Shown: positions 8,933 to 18,189, counted from the first letter of the stretch. The stretch: 64,000 bases of DNA from an uncultured Gammaproteobacteria bacterium (GCA_964522405.1 CAZFTR010000001.1:116686-180685); one strand, 5' to 3'. The notes: generated from the letters alone by a model not told the origin. Program-made: numbers and translations.

Positions 8933-10549
8933 ATGAAGATTAGCCTGTCAGTACAATTTTCTATTTTGATTATAACTACACTTATTAATTTTCTTTTGTT
9001 ACATTCAGTTTACAATGCTAAACCTAGAAAAATATCAAATAAAATCTTCGCTCTTTTAAGTTTTGTAACTAGTCTTTGGTTTATTGCCATGTATGCCTCA
9101 GTTCAGCCCGGATTAGTTGATTATGGATTGCTGATTTTAAGAGCCACTTTCTTTTTGGCTGCTCCCATGAGCATGCTTCTTTTTCTTTTGGCTCATGTTA
9201 TGCCGGAAAACAAGATAACTTTTAAGAAATCTACCTTATATTCTGTCTATTCAATAACTGTATTGATGATGTTTTTATCATTCACTGATCTGATGTTTAG
9301 TGGAGTAACAGTAATAAATGGTTCAATTCAACCAATTCCTGGTTTGGGTATGTTATTTTTCTCGCTGGTTTCTACTTTTTTCAGTGTTTCAGCTGTATAC
9401 ATTCTTATCAGAAAGTACTTTAGGTTTGTCGAGGCTAAGCGCAAGCAAGTAAGATTGATTCTTGCGGGAATATTTATTATGTTGTCTTTGATTATTTCAA
9501 CTATCATGGTCCCGGTTGCCCTATTTGAAAATAATTATTTTGTATCTTTTGCGCCTTTTTATGTATTACTTTTCCTAGTTTTTACTGCGGCTGCAATTAT
9601 GAAGCACAGGCTATTTAATATAAAATTAATTGCCACAGAATCATTTATCGCTATACTGATAATAGTTGTTTTGTTTGAAGGTATGCTTTCTGATTCTCTA
9701 GTGCAGTTAGTATATAAAATTTTATTTGCAATTTTTATCGGATTTCTAGGAAGATTACTCATAAGGAGTGTGAAGAGAGAAATAAGACAAAGAGAAAAAT
9801 TAACCATAATGACCAAGAATTTGGAAACTGCAAATTTACGACTAAAACAGCTTGATCAGCAGAAGACAGAATTTCTTTCAATTGCCTCTCATCAACTTCG
9901 TACACCACTTTCCATTATCAAAGGATATCTTGAACTTATAAAAGATGGAGCTTATGGAAAAGTAACCAAGGCCACAGTTGAGATTTTAGATAATATGGAT
10001 ACTAGCAATGAAAGGCTGGTCAAATTGGTTGATGAATTTCTTGATGTTACCAGAATTGAACAGGGGAGGACCAAGTATAATTTTGAAAAACATAATATGT
10101 CTGATCTTATTTCCGGAGTGGTAGAGGAATTAAGAGATAGGGCAACACAAAAAGGTTTGAAATTAAATTGGAAAAAACCCAGTAAATTTCCTGAGTTTAA
10201 AATTGATGAGGAAAAAATTCGTCATGTAGTTTTTAATTTTATTGATAATGCTACAAAATACACTGAAAGAGGAAAAATAGATGTCAGCTTGGAGAAGGAT
10301 GCCAAGGGTGTAAGTTTTAAAGTAAAAGATACTGGTATAGGTTTTAACAAAAAAGATCAAGTAAATTTCTTTCAGAAGTTTTTTCGGGGTACAAATGTAA
10401 AAACAGTAAATGTAGGTGGTACAGGACTTGGTATTTATGTTTGTAAAAAATTTATAGAAAACCATAAAGGTAAAGTTTGGGCCAAAAGTCCTGGCTTGGG
10501 GAAGGGTGGAGAATTTGGTTTTTGGATACCTTTCAAGAGAAAAAAATAA
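8933..10549 (+). CDS. Sensor histidine kinase with a polytopic N-terminal membrane domain (no response regulator nearby)
   Basis: Multiple TM helices, H-box SIASHQLRTPLSIIKGY, HATPase G-boxes (DTGIGF, GGTGLGIYVCKKF). The likely start is the ATG at 8933, immediately after the upstream stop. Confidence 0.8.
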   Translation: MKISLSVQFSILIITTLINFLLLHSVYNAKPRKISNKIFALLSFVTSLWFIAMYASVQPGLVDYGLLILRATFFLAAPMSMLLFLLAHVMPENKITFKKSTLYSVYSITVLMMFLSFTDLMFSGVTVINGSIQPIPGLGMLFFSLVSTFFSVSAVYILIRKYFRFVEAKRKQVRLILAGIFIMLSLIISTIMVPVALFENNYFVSFAPFYVLLFLVFTAAAIMKHRLFNIKLIATESFIAILIIVVLFEGMLSDSLVQLVYKILFAIFIGFLGRLLIRSVKREIRQREKLTIMTKNLETANLRLKQLDQQKTEFLSIASHQLRTPLSIIKGYLELIKDGAYGKVTKATVEILDNMDTSNERLVKLVDEFLDVTRIEQGRTKYNFEKHNMSDLISGVVEELRDRATQKGLKLNWKKPSKFPEFKIDEEKIRHVVFNFIDNATKYTERGKIDVSLEKDAKGVSFKVKDTGIGFNKKDQVNFFQKFFRGTNVKTVNVGGTGLGIYVCKKFIENHKGKVWAKSPGLGKGGEFGFWIPFKRKK

Positions 10550-10550
10550 C

Positions 10551-10612
10551 CCAGACAAGCCTTTCTTTGAATACAATTTATGCTCAAAGAAGGGCTTGTT
10601 TTTTTTATAATT
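10551..10612 (+). terminator. Long hairpin terminator after the histidine kinase gene
   Basis: acaagcctttctttg ... caaagaagggcttgt followed by a T8 run. Confidence 0.6.
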
Positions 10613-10662
10613 TTAATTTATAATAAAAAAACTATAATTTATCTCTAAAATGCAAATTTAAT

Positions 10663-11133
10663 ATGTTTAAATCATCAGAACCTCAAATCTCAAAACAAGA
10701 TACACAAGCAAAATCTTCTTCTGATAGTGTTGAGACAGTAGTAGGGCCATCAGTGGTGGTGGAGGGTGATTTTTCTTCTGAGGGTAATATTTTAGTAAAA
10801 GGAACAGTTTCAGGAAATGTAAAAACAGCGCAACTGCTCACTGTTGAGGCTGGGGCAAAGATTTTGGCAAATGTAAAGGCACATGATGCTCTGATTTCCG
10901 GAGAAGTAAAAGGTAATGTCCGAGTAAATGAGAAGCTTGAACTAACAGAATCAGCAAGAATTAGAGGAGATATATCTTGTAAGGTTTTGGTTGTTGCCGG
11001 CGGAGCACTTTTACAAGGAAAAGTCGGTATGAAAGGAATTGAGATTGCAGGCTCTGGAGCAGAAAAGAAAAAAACTCCAAAAGCCAAACCGAGTAAATCT
11101 GTTTCTGATTTAGAGATCAAACCATCTTCATAA
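10663..11133 (+). CDS. Bactofilin-family cytoskeletal protein
   Basis: Repeating beta-helical pattern (VVEGDFSSEGNILVKGTVSGNV ... ISGEVKGNVRV ... IRGDISCKVLVVAGGALLQGKV) and a Lys/Pro-rich C-terminal tail. Confidence 0.7.
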   Translation: MFKSSEPQISKQDTQAKSSSDSVETVVGPSVVVEGDFSSEGNILVKGTVSGNVKTAQLLTVEAGAKILANVKAHDALISGEVKGNVRVNEKLELTESARIRGDISCKVLVVAGGALLQGKVGMKGIEIAGSGAEKKKTPKAKPSKSVSDLEIKPSS

Positions 11134-11177
11134 AATAGATTGATTCTATTTTATTATCATCTTTCTAAAGGATAGAT

Positions 11178-11939
11178 ATGTACGTATACCTATATGACAA
11201 TTTTCTCAAGCAAAAACGCTATGAGAATGTTTTGAAGTCAATTGAAACCAAATTGACTGATTATGGTATTGCTGGTAAGATTATCCGACTGCAAAATTTC
11301 ACTAATGCCGAGTGGGTAATAGAAGATGAAATTAGAAAAGGTGCCAAAACAGTAGTAATTGTGGGTAATGATGTTACTTTTGGACATGTTTTATCACGAG
11401 CAGCTGCAAGCAATGTAATTTTTGGATTTCTTCCGATAGGTCCGCAAAATTCTATTGCTGAAGTTCTTGGAATTCCCACTGATGAAACTGCTGCAGATGT
11501 TTTGGCAAGAAGAAGAAAAGTAAGACTTGATGTGGGTTGGTTTAACAATCGTTATTTTATTTCTCAGCTGTATATAGAGCCAAGTAATATTGCAGTTGAA
11601 TATGATGAGAAATTTAAAGTTTCCAGTAAAAGTAAAAAAATGGAATTAGTAGTTTGCAATCTCCAGCCTTTTCATTGGAAGAAAAAGGGTAAGGACAATG
11701 TAGTTCATCCGCAAGACGGTAAACTTGAGGCATTTCTACGGCCAATGGTAAAAACTAAGCTTTTTAGAAAAGCAGAATTTGAAGATCCAAGTATTTTTCC
11801 ATTTGAAGAAATGATAGTTAGCAGTAAAACTCCTTTTCCTGTAAAAGCAGATGGGAAATTATCCAAAGAGACAAAAATAACAATTAAGCTAGCCAAGAAG
11901 AGAATAAATATGATTGTTGGTGGAGCCAGGAAGTTTTAA
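11178..11939 (+). CDS. DAGK_cat / YegS-like lipid kinase-family protein
   Basis: VVIVGNDVTFGHVL (GGDGT-like) and LPIGPQNSIAEVLGIP (lP.GtgNdfar.lgip-like) motifs. Confidence 0.55.
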   Translation: MYVYLYDNFLKQKRYENVLKSIETKLTDYGIAGKIIRLQNFTNAEWVIEDEIRKGAKTVVIVGNDVTFGHVLSRAAASNVIFGFLPIGPQNSIAEVLGIPTDETAADVLARRRKVRLDVGWFNNRYFISQLYIEPSNIAVEYDEKFKVSSKSKKMELVVCNLQPFHWKKKGKDNVVHPQDGKLEAFLRPMVKTKLFRKAEFEDPSIFPFEEMIVSSKTPFPVKADGKLSKETKITIKLAKKRINMIVGGARKF

Positions 11940-11958
11940 GAGTTTATAATTAAATTAA

Positions 11959-12041
11959 GCGCGAGTGGTGGAACGGTAGACACGCAGGCTTGAGGGGCCT
12001 GTGCTCGCAAGGGTGTGGAGGTTCAAATCCTCTCTCGCGCA
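11959..12041 (+). tRNA. tRNA-Leu (anticodon GAG), type II with a long variable arm
   Basis: Hand-folded: acceptor GCGCGAG/CTCGCGC, 3-bp D stem, anticodon stem CAGGC/GCCTG with loop TTGAGGG, long variable arm, T arm GGAGG-TTCAAAT-CCTCT, discriminator A. No encoded CCA. Confidence 0.8.
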
Positions 12042-12097
12042 CAAAAAAAGCAAGGTTTCTGGCCTTGTTTTATTATTTACGAGATAAATTGGGAGTC

Positions 12098-12136
12098 GGG
12101 CGACGCGTCTGAGGGGAACCTCAGACGCGTCGCCAC
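12098..12136. repeat. Perfect 16-bp GC-rich hairpin (GGCGACGCGTCTGAGG-GGAA-CCTCAGACGCGTCGCC) at the distal edge of island 2
   Basis: Read directly; marks the AT/GC boundary next to the tRNA-Leu. Confidence 0.6.
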
Positions 12137-12422
12137 ACTCGCCGTCCTTGCCTGCGCTGTTGCGCAGACCCGCGTGGTTGGGGCGCCGTGCACCCCTTCC
12201 TTGCCTGGCCGCCGAAGCGACCTGTCGGTGCCCGGTATGGTACCGGAGCACTCCTGGCGTCGAAGCGCTCATCGTGGTGTCTCGCCGTTGCGATTCACCG
12301 GAGTCGGCGCGCTGGCGTGCGCCATTCTCGAGATGACCCTTGCAGTCGGTGCCGTCAGCAGGTGACGGCGGTTCCGTTGCCTTGAGCGATCATCTGTGCC
12401 CCCGAAGAGGCCTTCGGCGTGG

Positions 12423-13286
12423 CTACCAGCTGAAGCAGAAGTCGCTGCTCGTCGCCGTGTAGCCCGCCTCGTCGCAGCAGCCCGCGGTCACCCCGTTCGG
12501 GTTGTCGCCGCCCGCGCCGTAGTCGGTGTTCACGTCCTCGTTGGTCGCCGCCGTCACGTTCTCCGCCGCCGCGGTGGCCGTCTGGTTCAGGTTGTGCGGG
12601 AAGTCGCCCGTCGCAGCCGTCGCCGTGTTGGTCATGCCCGAGTTGCCAGTCTCCACCGTCTCGCCGCCGCCCGCGCCGTAGTCGGTGTTGCCCAGGTTGG
12701 CCTTGTTCGCGTCGAAGTCCGCCGTACCGCCGGTGTCGTTCGCCGCGTTCGCGCCGTAGTCGGTGTTCACCACCATCTCGATCTGGGTCGCGCCGTAGTC
12801 CACCAGGAAGGGGATGTCCACAGCCAGCGTGGTGTCCACCCGCATCAGGATCGCGGTCGCGCCGTGCTCGCCGTAGTTGTCCAGCATGGTCGCCCAGATC
12901 GCCGTCGCGTTCTCCGTCGCTGCACCCGCGTTGTCGTGCATCCACTGCCAGCCGTCGAAGGCCACCGTCTCGCGCGCCGCGCCGTAGTCGGTGTTGGTGC
13001 CCATGATGAGGTGCGCCAGCTCGTCGTCGGTCAGGGCCGCCTCCCGGTTCATGGCGAACCAGTTGTTGGCCGCGTCCAGCAGAACCCGGTTGCTGTTGCC
13101 GTCGTCGACGAAGGTCAACAGCAGGTTGCCGTTGAAGTCCACGTCCACCGTCAGGGTGGTGTGGGCCGGGGCGTCGACCTGATCGATGGTCGGCGTGTCC
13201 GGCTCGGCAGCCGCGATGCTGGTGGGCAGCACCAGCAGAAGCAGGACCGCGAATGCGGCCGTCAGGAACGAAAGTCTCCGTCTCAT
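12423..13286 (-). CDS. Secreted protein with six copies of an N(T)DYGA motif; high-GC codon usage
   Basis: N-terminal signal peptide (MRRRLSFLTAAFAVLLLLVLPTSIAAAEP). Repeated GTNTDYGAA, NTDYGANA, NTDYGAGG (x2), VDYGAT, DNYGEHGA. C-terminal Cys cluster CCDEAGY...FCFSW. RBS GGAGG sits 10 nt before the ATG. Third codon positions are almost all G/C, unlike the flanking genes. Confidence 0.7.
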   Translation of the reverse strand: MRRRLSFLTAAFAVLLLLVLPTSIAAAEPDTPTIDQVDAPAHTTLTVDVDFNGNLLLTFVDDGNSNRVLLDAANNWFAMNREAALTDDELAHLIMGTNTDYGAARETVAFDGWQWMHDNAGAATENATAIWATMLDNYGEHGATAILMRVDTTLAVDIPFLVDYGATQIEMVVNTDYGANAANDTGGTADFDANKANLGNTDYGAGGGETVETGNSGMTNTATAATGDFPHNLNQTATAAAENVTAATNEDVNTDYGAGGDNPNGVTAGCCDEAGYTATSSDFCFSW

Positions 13287-13351
13287 CTTAGGAATTCCTC
13301 CACAAGGTCATCAACTTCCCGCGCCAGGTTTGGTTCGGGATTGCATTATCC

Positions 13352-13380
13352 ATTATATGATTTTTTTTGAGAGTGTGCAA
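13352..13380 (-). promoter_or_regulatory. Consensus sigma70 promoter (TTGCAC-17-TATAAT) driving the secreted repeat protein
   Basis: Minus strand: -35 at 13375-13380, -10 at 13352-13357, 17-nt spacer, located in AT-rich DNA. Confidence 0.55.
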
Positions 13381-13481
13381 GTATTGTAAGAGAAAGCGAT
13401 TTTCCAACAATGAAATTTGTCAAATGATTTGTTTTTTCTTAACTGAATTTTTATTATTTGCTATAATGATAATATTAAAAA

Positions 13482-13870
13482 TTGAAAATTCAAGCATTGA
13501 GATTTCAATTAGAAGATTTTTTAAATTTTATGGATGAATATTCAACAGCTGGTCAAATTATGTATTGGCTAGTTATGCTCGCTCTCTATCTTTATCAGGG
13601 TTATGCATTTTTGATAATTGCCAAAAGAACAGGTACTGCCAATGGCTGGATGGCATTTATACCGATCCTAAATGTTTTTTTGATGCTAAGAATTGCTAAA
13701 AAGCCTCTATGGTGGTTTCTTTTGCTTTTAGTTCCTCTTATAAATATTATTTTTAATTTTGTTGCTTATTGGACTGGCAAGATCTCTGAATAAATCTCCA
13801 TGGTTTGGGATTTTATTGATGGTTCCAATTGTTAATTTAGTTGCTCTCGGGTATTTGGCTTTTAGTGAGA
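13482..13870 (+). pseudogene. Small multi-TM membrane protein gene interrupted by a frameshift near 13790
   Basis: The 103-aa ORF ends at 13793. The downstream +1-frame text translates to ...KSPWFGILLMVPIVNLVALGYLAFSEN*, a hydrophobic continuation typical of this small membrane-protein family. Confidence 0.45.
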
Positions 13871-13887
13871 ATTAGAAAAAATAAATT

Positions 13888-13918
13888 AAAAAACCACGGA
13901 TTAAACCGTGGTTTTTTA
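13888..13918. terminator. Bidirectional hairpin terminator (AAAACCACGGATTAAACCGTGGTTTT)
   Basis: Perfect stem flanked by A/T runs on both sides. Confidence 0.6.
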
Positions 13919-13921
13919 ATG

Positions 13922-14318
13922 CCTTGTCCATTAAATAAGCCGAATTCTGTATCCTTGCAAGCAAGGTAATGATCATTTCTCTGGTTCCAGTGTTGCCACT
14001 AGAATCTAACGAGCTAACTTTTCGAATTCTGAAATTCAGAAAACGCTGCTCTTTCTCCAGGTAGGGTTTACCACCCTGACATAATGTCAGGTAGTATGGT
14101 AGCTTTTGACTCGAGATCAAAAACATCCATACTCTTTTCACCTTTCATTTTGCGAAGCAAAATTAGTATAGTCTCTGCGGCACTTTCCCGTCCATACTTG
14201 TCACCAAGCCGGAGGTGGGCGTTACCCACTACCATGACCCCGAAGAACTTCGGGGGGAGTTCGGACTTTCCTTCCAGCTCCCAAAAGGAGCCAGGCGATC
14301 ATTTATAATGAACAAGAC
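13922..14318 (-). ncRNA. rnpB: RNase P RNA (bacterial type)
   Basis: On the minus strand: GGAAGGAAAGTCCGAACTCC (CR-I/P4 5' strand), GGTGAAAAGAGTATGG, and ACAGAATTCGGCTTAT (CR-V/P4 3' strand). The 5' and 3' ends pair as P1 (GTCTTGTTCATTATAAAT with ATTTAATGGACAAG). Confidence 0.75.
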
Positions 14319-14423
14319 AAAGCTTAATATAGCATATTTTGGAGAGTTTGTCAAGTTGACCAAAGGCCTTTATTTAGGTAAAATAGCCTAGTAAGTAATA
14401 TTTTGTTGGTATAAAAGAAACCC

Positions 14424-15842
14424 ATGAAACGTTCTCAGGTGATACTAATGGTACTTCAGGTGCCGATCGACTATATTGTCTTGATTTTAGCAGGTATTTC
14501 AGCTTTTTATCTGCGTTTTTCTGATTGGGCTATTTCCATGCGACCGGTTGTTTTTGATATAACTCTTAGTGAGTTTACTGCTTTTGTTTCAGTTATATCC
14601 ATTGTTTGGCTAGTTATTTTTGCTATTGCCGGGCTCTATTCTGTAAATCCAAATAGGAAATTTTCCGCAGATATTACTCGTATTATTTTTGCTTGTTCTT
14701 CTGCGCTTGCTCTTGTTGCTGTTTATGTTATGTTCGCTCAGCAATTGTTTGATTCACGTTTTCTCGTAGCAGCTTCTTGGGGTTTTGCAATTGTCTATAT
14801 GATAATTGCCAGACTGCTTATGAGGGGTGTTAAATCTCTTATGTATCGACTTGGTTTTGGACAAAGACGAGTGGTTATAGTTGGTTCAGAAGAAGTTGCA
14901 GAAGCTATTAAAAATGAATTAGAAAAAAGACCAGAACTCGGATATAAATTTCTGGGTCAATTTAAGAAATTTGAAAAATCAATTATCCCTAAATTAAAAA
15001 GATTAAGATTAGATGAGTTGCTTTTTATAAATCCAAGAGCAGATGAACTTGAAAGTTTGCAAGCATTGGATTTTTGCAATGAAAATCATATTGTTTTTAA
15101 ATATTCTGCAGACCTTTTTGCGACTTACAGCGCAAATATGAGTGTGCATCCAGTGGCTGGAATTCCAATTGTTGAACTCAGAAGAACCAGGCTTGGTGCA
15201 TGGGGTAGAGTAATCAAAAGAATTTTTGATATTTTTATGAGTTTGTTTTTAATTGTTTTGTTTAGCCCATTGATGCTTTTGGTTGGTATTTTAATTATGG
15301 TTGAATCCGGTCGACCAGTTATTTACAAAAACGAAAGAGTTGGATTTAAGACTAGGAACTTCACTGCCTATAAATTTCGTTCGATGTTACAGAAGTATTG
15401 TACAGGTTCACAGTTTGGAAATGCTGGGAAAAAAGCAGAAAAGCATGAAGAAAAATTAATTGAAAAACAAAACTCAAAAGCAGGCCCGATTTACAAAGTA
15501 AAAGACGATCCCAGAATTACTAGGATTGGAAGTTTTATTCGCAGATTTAGTATTGATGAGTTACCACAATTTTTTAATGTTTTGATGGGAAATATGAGTT
15601 TGGTTGGACCGCGCCCTCATCAGCCGAGAGAAGTTGCTGGTTATGAAAAACAGCATAAATCAGTTTTCAATGTTAAGCCTGGAGTTACCGGCTTGGCGCA
15701 GATTTCCGGTAGAAGTGATTTGAGTTATGAAGAGGAGATGAAGTTGGATATTTTGTATATTGAGAGATGGAGTATTATGCTTGATTTGGTTATTTTGCTC
15801 AAAACTCCCTTTGTCATATTTAAGAGTAGGAAAGTTGTTTAG
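14424..15842 (+). CDS. Polyprenyl-phosphate hexose-1-phosphate transferase (WbaP/WcaJ-like initiating sugar transferase)
   Basis: N-terminal TM helices and a C-terminal bacterial sugar transferase domain (PRPHQPREVAGY...VKPGVTGLAQISGRSDLSYEEEMKLDILYIERWSIMLDLVILLKT). Confidence 0.85.
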   Translation: MKRSQVILMVLQVPIDYIVLILAGISAFYLRFSDWAISMRPVVFDITLSEFTAFVSVISIVWLVIFAIAGLYSVNPNRKFSADITRIIFACSSALALVAVYVMFAQQLFDSRFLVAASWGFAIVYMIIARLLMRGVKSLMYRLGFGQRRVVIVGSEEVAEAIKNELEKRPELGYKFLGQFKKFEKSIIPKLKRLRLDELLFINPRADELESLQALDFCNENHIVFKYSADLFATYSANMSVHPVAGIPIVELRRTRLGAWGRVIKRIFDIFMSLFLIVLFSPLMLLVGILIMVESGRPVIYKNERVGFKTRNFTAYKFRSMLQKYCTGSQFGNAGKKAEKHEEKLIEKQNSKAGPIYKVKDDPRITRIGSFIRRFSIDELPQFFNVLMGNMSLVGPRPHQPREVAGYEKQHKSVFNVKPGVTGLAQISGRSDLSYEEEMKLDILYIERWSIMLDLVILLKTPFVIFKSRKVV

Positions 15843-15844
15843 AT

Positions 15845-16990
15845 ATGAAAATAGCACTTGTACACGATTACCTGTCACAGCACGGAGGAGCAGAACGAGT
15901 TCTCGAGGCTTTTTCTGAAATTTGGCCAGAGGCGCCAATTTTTGTGCTTTTTCATGACAAAAAGAAAATAAAAGATTTTCAAGACAAAGATATTCGTCAG
16001 TCTTTTATACGCAGAATGCCCTTTGCCAAGAGTAAGTATCAATGGTATCTGCCTTGGATGCCTCTTGCGACTGAGCGTCATAATCTTCATGAATTTGATA
16101 TTGTATTGTCATCAACCAGCGCTTTTGCCAAGGGTGTTTTAACTAGACCTGATACTCTTCATATTTCCTATTGTCACACTCCGACCAGATATCTTTGGAC
16201 TGATACTCATGAATATATTGCTGATCTTAAGCATAATAAGTTGATAAAATCTGTTTTGCCCAGATTGATTCACAGACTTCGCTTATGGGATACCATGAGT
16301 ATTGATCGAGTTGATAATTTTATTGCAAATTCTCGAACAGTACGCGGTCGGGTTCAGAAATATTACCGACGCGACAGCCAGGTAATTTATCCGCCGGTTG
16401 ATATTGAGAAATTTTATATTTCCAATGATATTGGTAGTTATTTTGTTTCCGGAGGAAGGCTAGTGCCTTACAAACGTTTTGATTTGCTTATTCAAACATT
16501 TAATAGATTGGGCACACCTCTGAAGATTTTTGGGACAGGACCAGAGAGAGAGCGTTTGGAGAAAAAAGCTAAGAGAAATATACAATTTTTAGGTCATTTA
16601 TCTGAAAAAGATAAAGCCGATTTGCTTAGTAGGGCAAAAGCATTTATTCACCCCCAAGTTGAAGACCTGGGCATCACACCAATTGAATCCATGGCATGTG
16701 GTAGGCCAGTGATTGCTTATGGGGTTGGTGGAGTAACAGAAACAGTAATTCCCGGCAAAACCGGTGTATTTTTCGATGAGCAAACCTGGGAATCTCTTCT
16801 TGATACTGTTATTCATTTTGATCCCCACGAGTGGGATACCCAGGCAATTCGTGAATGGGCTGAGCGTTTTGATATTAAGCATTTCAAAAAAAGAATAAAA
16901 AATTATGTTGAAGATAGTTATGGTCAATTTCAGCAAGATCTAAATCAGTGTGTGCTAGATTTTCATGTAGACAGTAGTCAGAGAAAATAG
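15845..16990 (+). CDS. Glycosyltransferase family 4
   Basis: GT-B fold; C-terminal ESMACGRPVIAYGVGG (E-x7-E-like) motif. Confidence 0.75.
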   Translation: MKIALVHDYLSQHGGAERVLEAFSEIWPEAPIFVLFHDKKKIKDFQDKDIRQSFIRRMPFAKSKYQWYLPWMPLATERHNLHEFDIVLSSTSAFAKGVLTRPDTLHISYCHTPTRYLWTDTHEYIADLKHNKLIKSVLPRLIHRLRLWDTMSIDRVDNFIANSRTVRGRVQKYYRRDSQVIYPPVDIEKFYISNDIGSYFVSGGRLVPYKRFDLLIQTFNRLGTPLKIFGTGPERERLEKKAKRNIQFLGHLSEKDKADLLSRAKAFIHPQVEDLGITPIESMACGRPVIAYGVGGVTETVIPGKTGVFFDEQTWESLLDTVIHFDPHEWDTQAIREWAERFDIKHFKKRIKNYVEDSYGQFQQDLNQCVLDFHVDSSQRK

Positions 16991-16993
16991 TTT

Positions 16994-18133
16994 ATGAATA
17001 TTGCCATAGATATACGTTGCCTGATGAGCACTCAAAAAACAGGTGTTGCTGAATATACTTCAAGATTCTTGGATTCACTTTTAAGACAGAATACTGAAAA
17101 CCAGTATTTTTTGTTTTATAATTCACAGAATTTAGAGAATAAGAAAATTGAAAAATGGCAGGGAGAAAATATACATTATATAAAAACTGATTTTCCCAAT
17201 AAATTATTTAATTTAGGTATTTTTTTGTTTGGTTTTCCTAAGTTGGATAAATTGATTGAGTCTAAAATTAAAAAAGATTTGGCAGAGCCAGATTTTAAAT
17301 TAGACAGTTTTATTTCTCCAAATTTAAATTATACAGAAGTTTCCAAATCAGTTAAGTACGTCCTGGTAATTCACGATCTTAGTTTTGAGTTATTTCCTGA
17401 TACTTATTCTGCAAAGAGGCGATTGTGGCATAAAATTGTTTTTCCTAAAAAACAATGTCAGCGCGCAGATTTGATTTTAACTCCTTCTGAAAATACTAGG
17501 CAGGACTTGATAAAATATTTCAAATTAGATCAAAATAAAATTAAAGTATCTTATCCCAATCATCTATTTGGCTCAGAAAGTTCAGTAGGTTTTGAAAAAT
17601 TAAAAGAAAAATATCAATTGCCGGAAAAATATATTCTCTATCTAGGTACTCTTGAGCCCAGAAAAAATTTAGAGGCATTATTAACTGCATTTTCAAAAAC
17701 TAAAGCTAGGGATGGGGGATTTAAATTAGTAATTGCCGGCTCAAAGGGTTGGAAGTATAAAAAAATTCTAGAAGAAATTAAAAAAACAGATGGAGTAAAA
17801 TATATTGGCTATGTAGATGATGAAGATAAGGATGGATTATATAAAAATTCAAAATTATTTGTTTACCCTAGCCTGTATGAAGGTTTTGGTTTGCCAGTGC
17901 TTGAAGCCATGAGTAGTGGAGTTGCTGTGATTACCAGTAACAGATCTTCACTTGTTGAGGTCGGTGGTAATGCAGTGCATTATATAAACCCACTGAATAT
18001 TTCTGATATGATAATAGCTATAGATGAGGTTTTGGAGAATTCAGAATTAAATCAGGAATTGGTAAATAGGGGATATGAGCGGGTTGAGAAGTTTAATACT
18101 GAAGTTAGATTATTGGAATTATTGAGTAGGTAA
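16994..18133 (+). CDS. Glycosyltransferase family 4
   Basis: PSLYEGFGLPVLEAMSSGVAVITS motif. Confidence 0.8.
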   Translation: MNIAIDIRCLMSTQKTGVAEYTSRFLDSLLRQNTENQYFLFYNSQNLENKKIEKWQGENIHYIKTDFPNKLFNLGIFLFGFPKLDKLIESKIKKDLAEPDFKLDSFISPNLNYTEVSKSVKYVLVIHDLSFELFPDTYSAKRRLWHKIVFPKKQCQRADLILTPSENTRQDLIKYFKLDQNKIKVSYPNHLFGSESSVGFEKLKEKYQLPEKYILYLGTLEPRKNLEALLTAFSKTKARDGGFKLVIAGSKGWKYKKILEEIKKTDGVKYIGYVDDEDKDGLYKNSKLFVYPSLYEGFGLPVLEAMSSGVAVITSNRSSLVEVGGNAVHYINPLNISDMIIAIDEVLENSELNQELVNRGYERVEKFNTEVRLLELLSR

Positions 18134-18189
18134 GTTGGGTAGGAAAAAATATGTTATAATTTATTGGCTATTGGTTATTCACTAATAAT

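Noticed and set aside
10683-11120. 145-aa minus-strand ORF opposite the bactofilin gene
   Set aside because: It is fully antisense to a gene with a clear family signature, and its Ser/Thr/Pro-rich translation is typical of a shadow ORF.
12015-13389. Several long ORFs on both strands inside island 2 (for example 12396..13370 +, 12355..12945 -, 12015..12365 +)
   Set aside because: They overlap the well-supported signal-peptide/RBS/promoter-bearing minus-strand gene or lie in the structured non-coding tail. Their Arg/Gly/Pro-rich low-complexity translations are typical of stop-codon-poor GC-rich DNA read in the wrong frame.
13872-14308. ORFs 13872..14141 (-) and 14084..14308 (+)
   Set aside because: Both lie inside the RNase P RNA gene, whose conserved CR-I/CR-V motifs and P1 pairing explain the region better.
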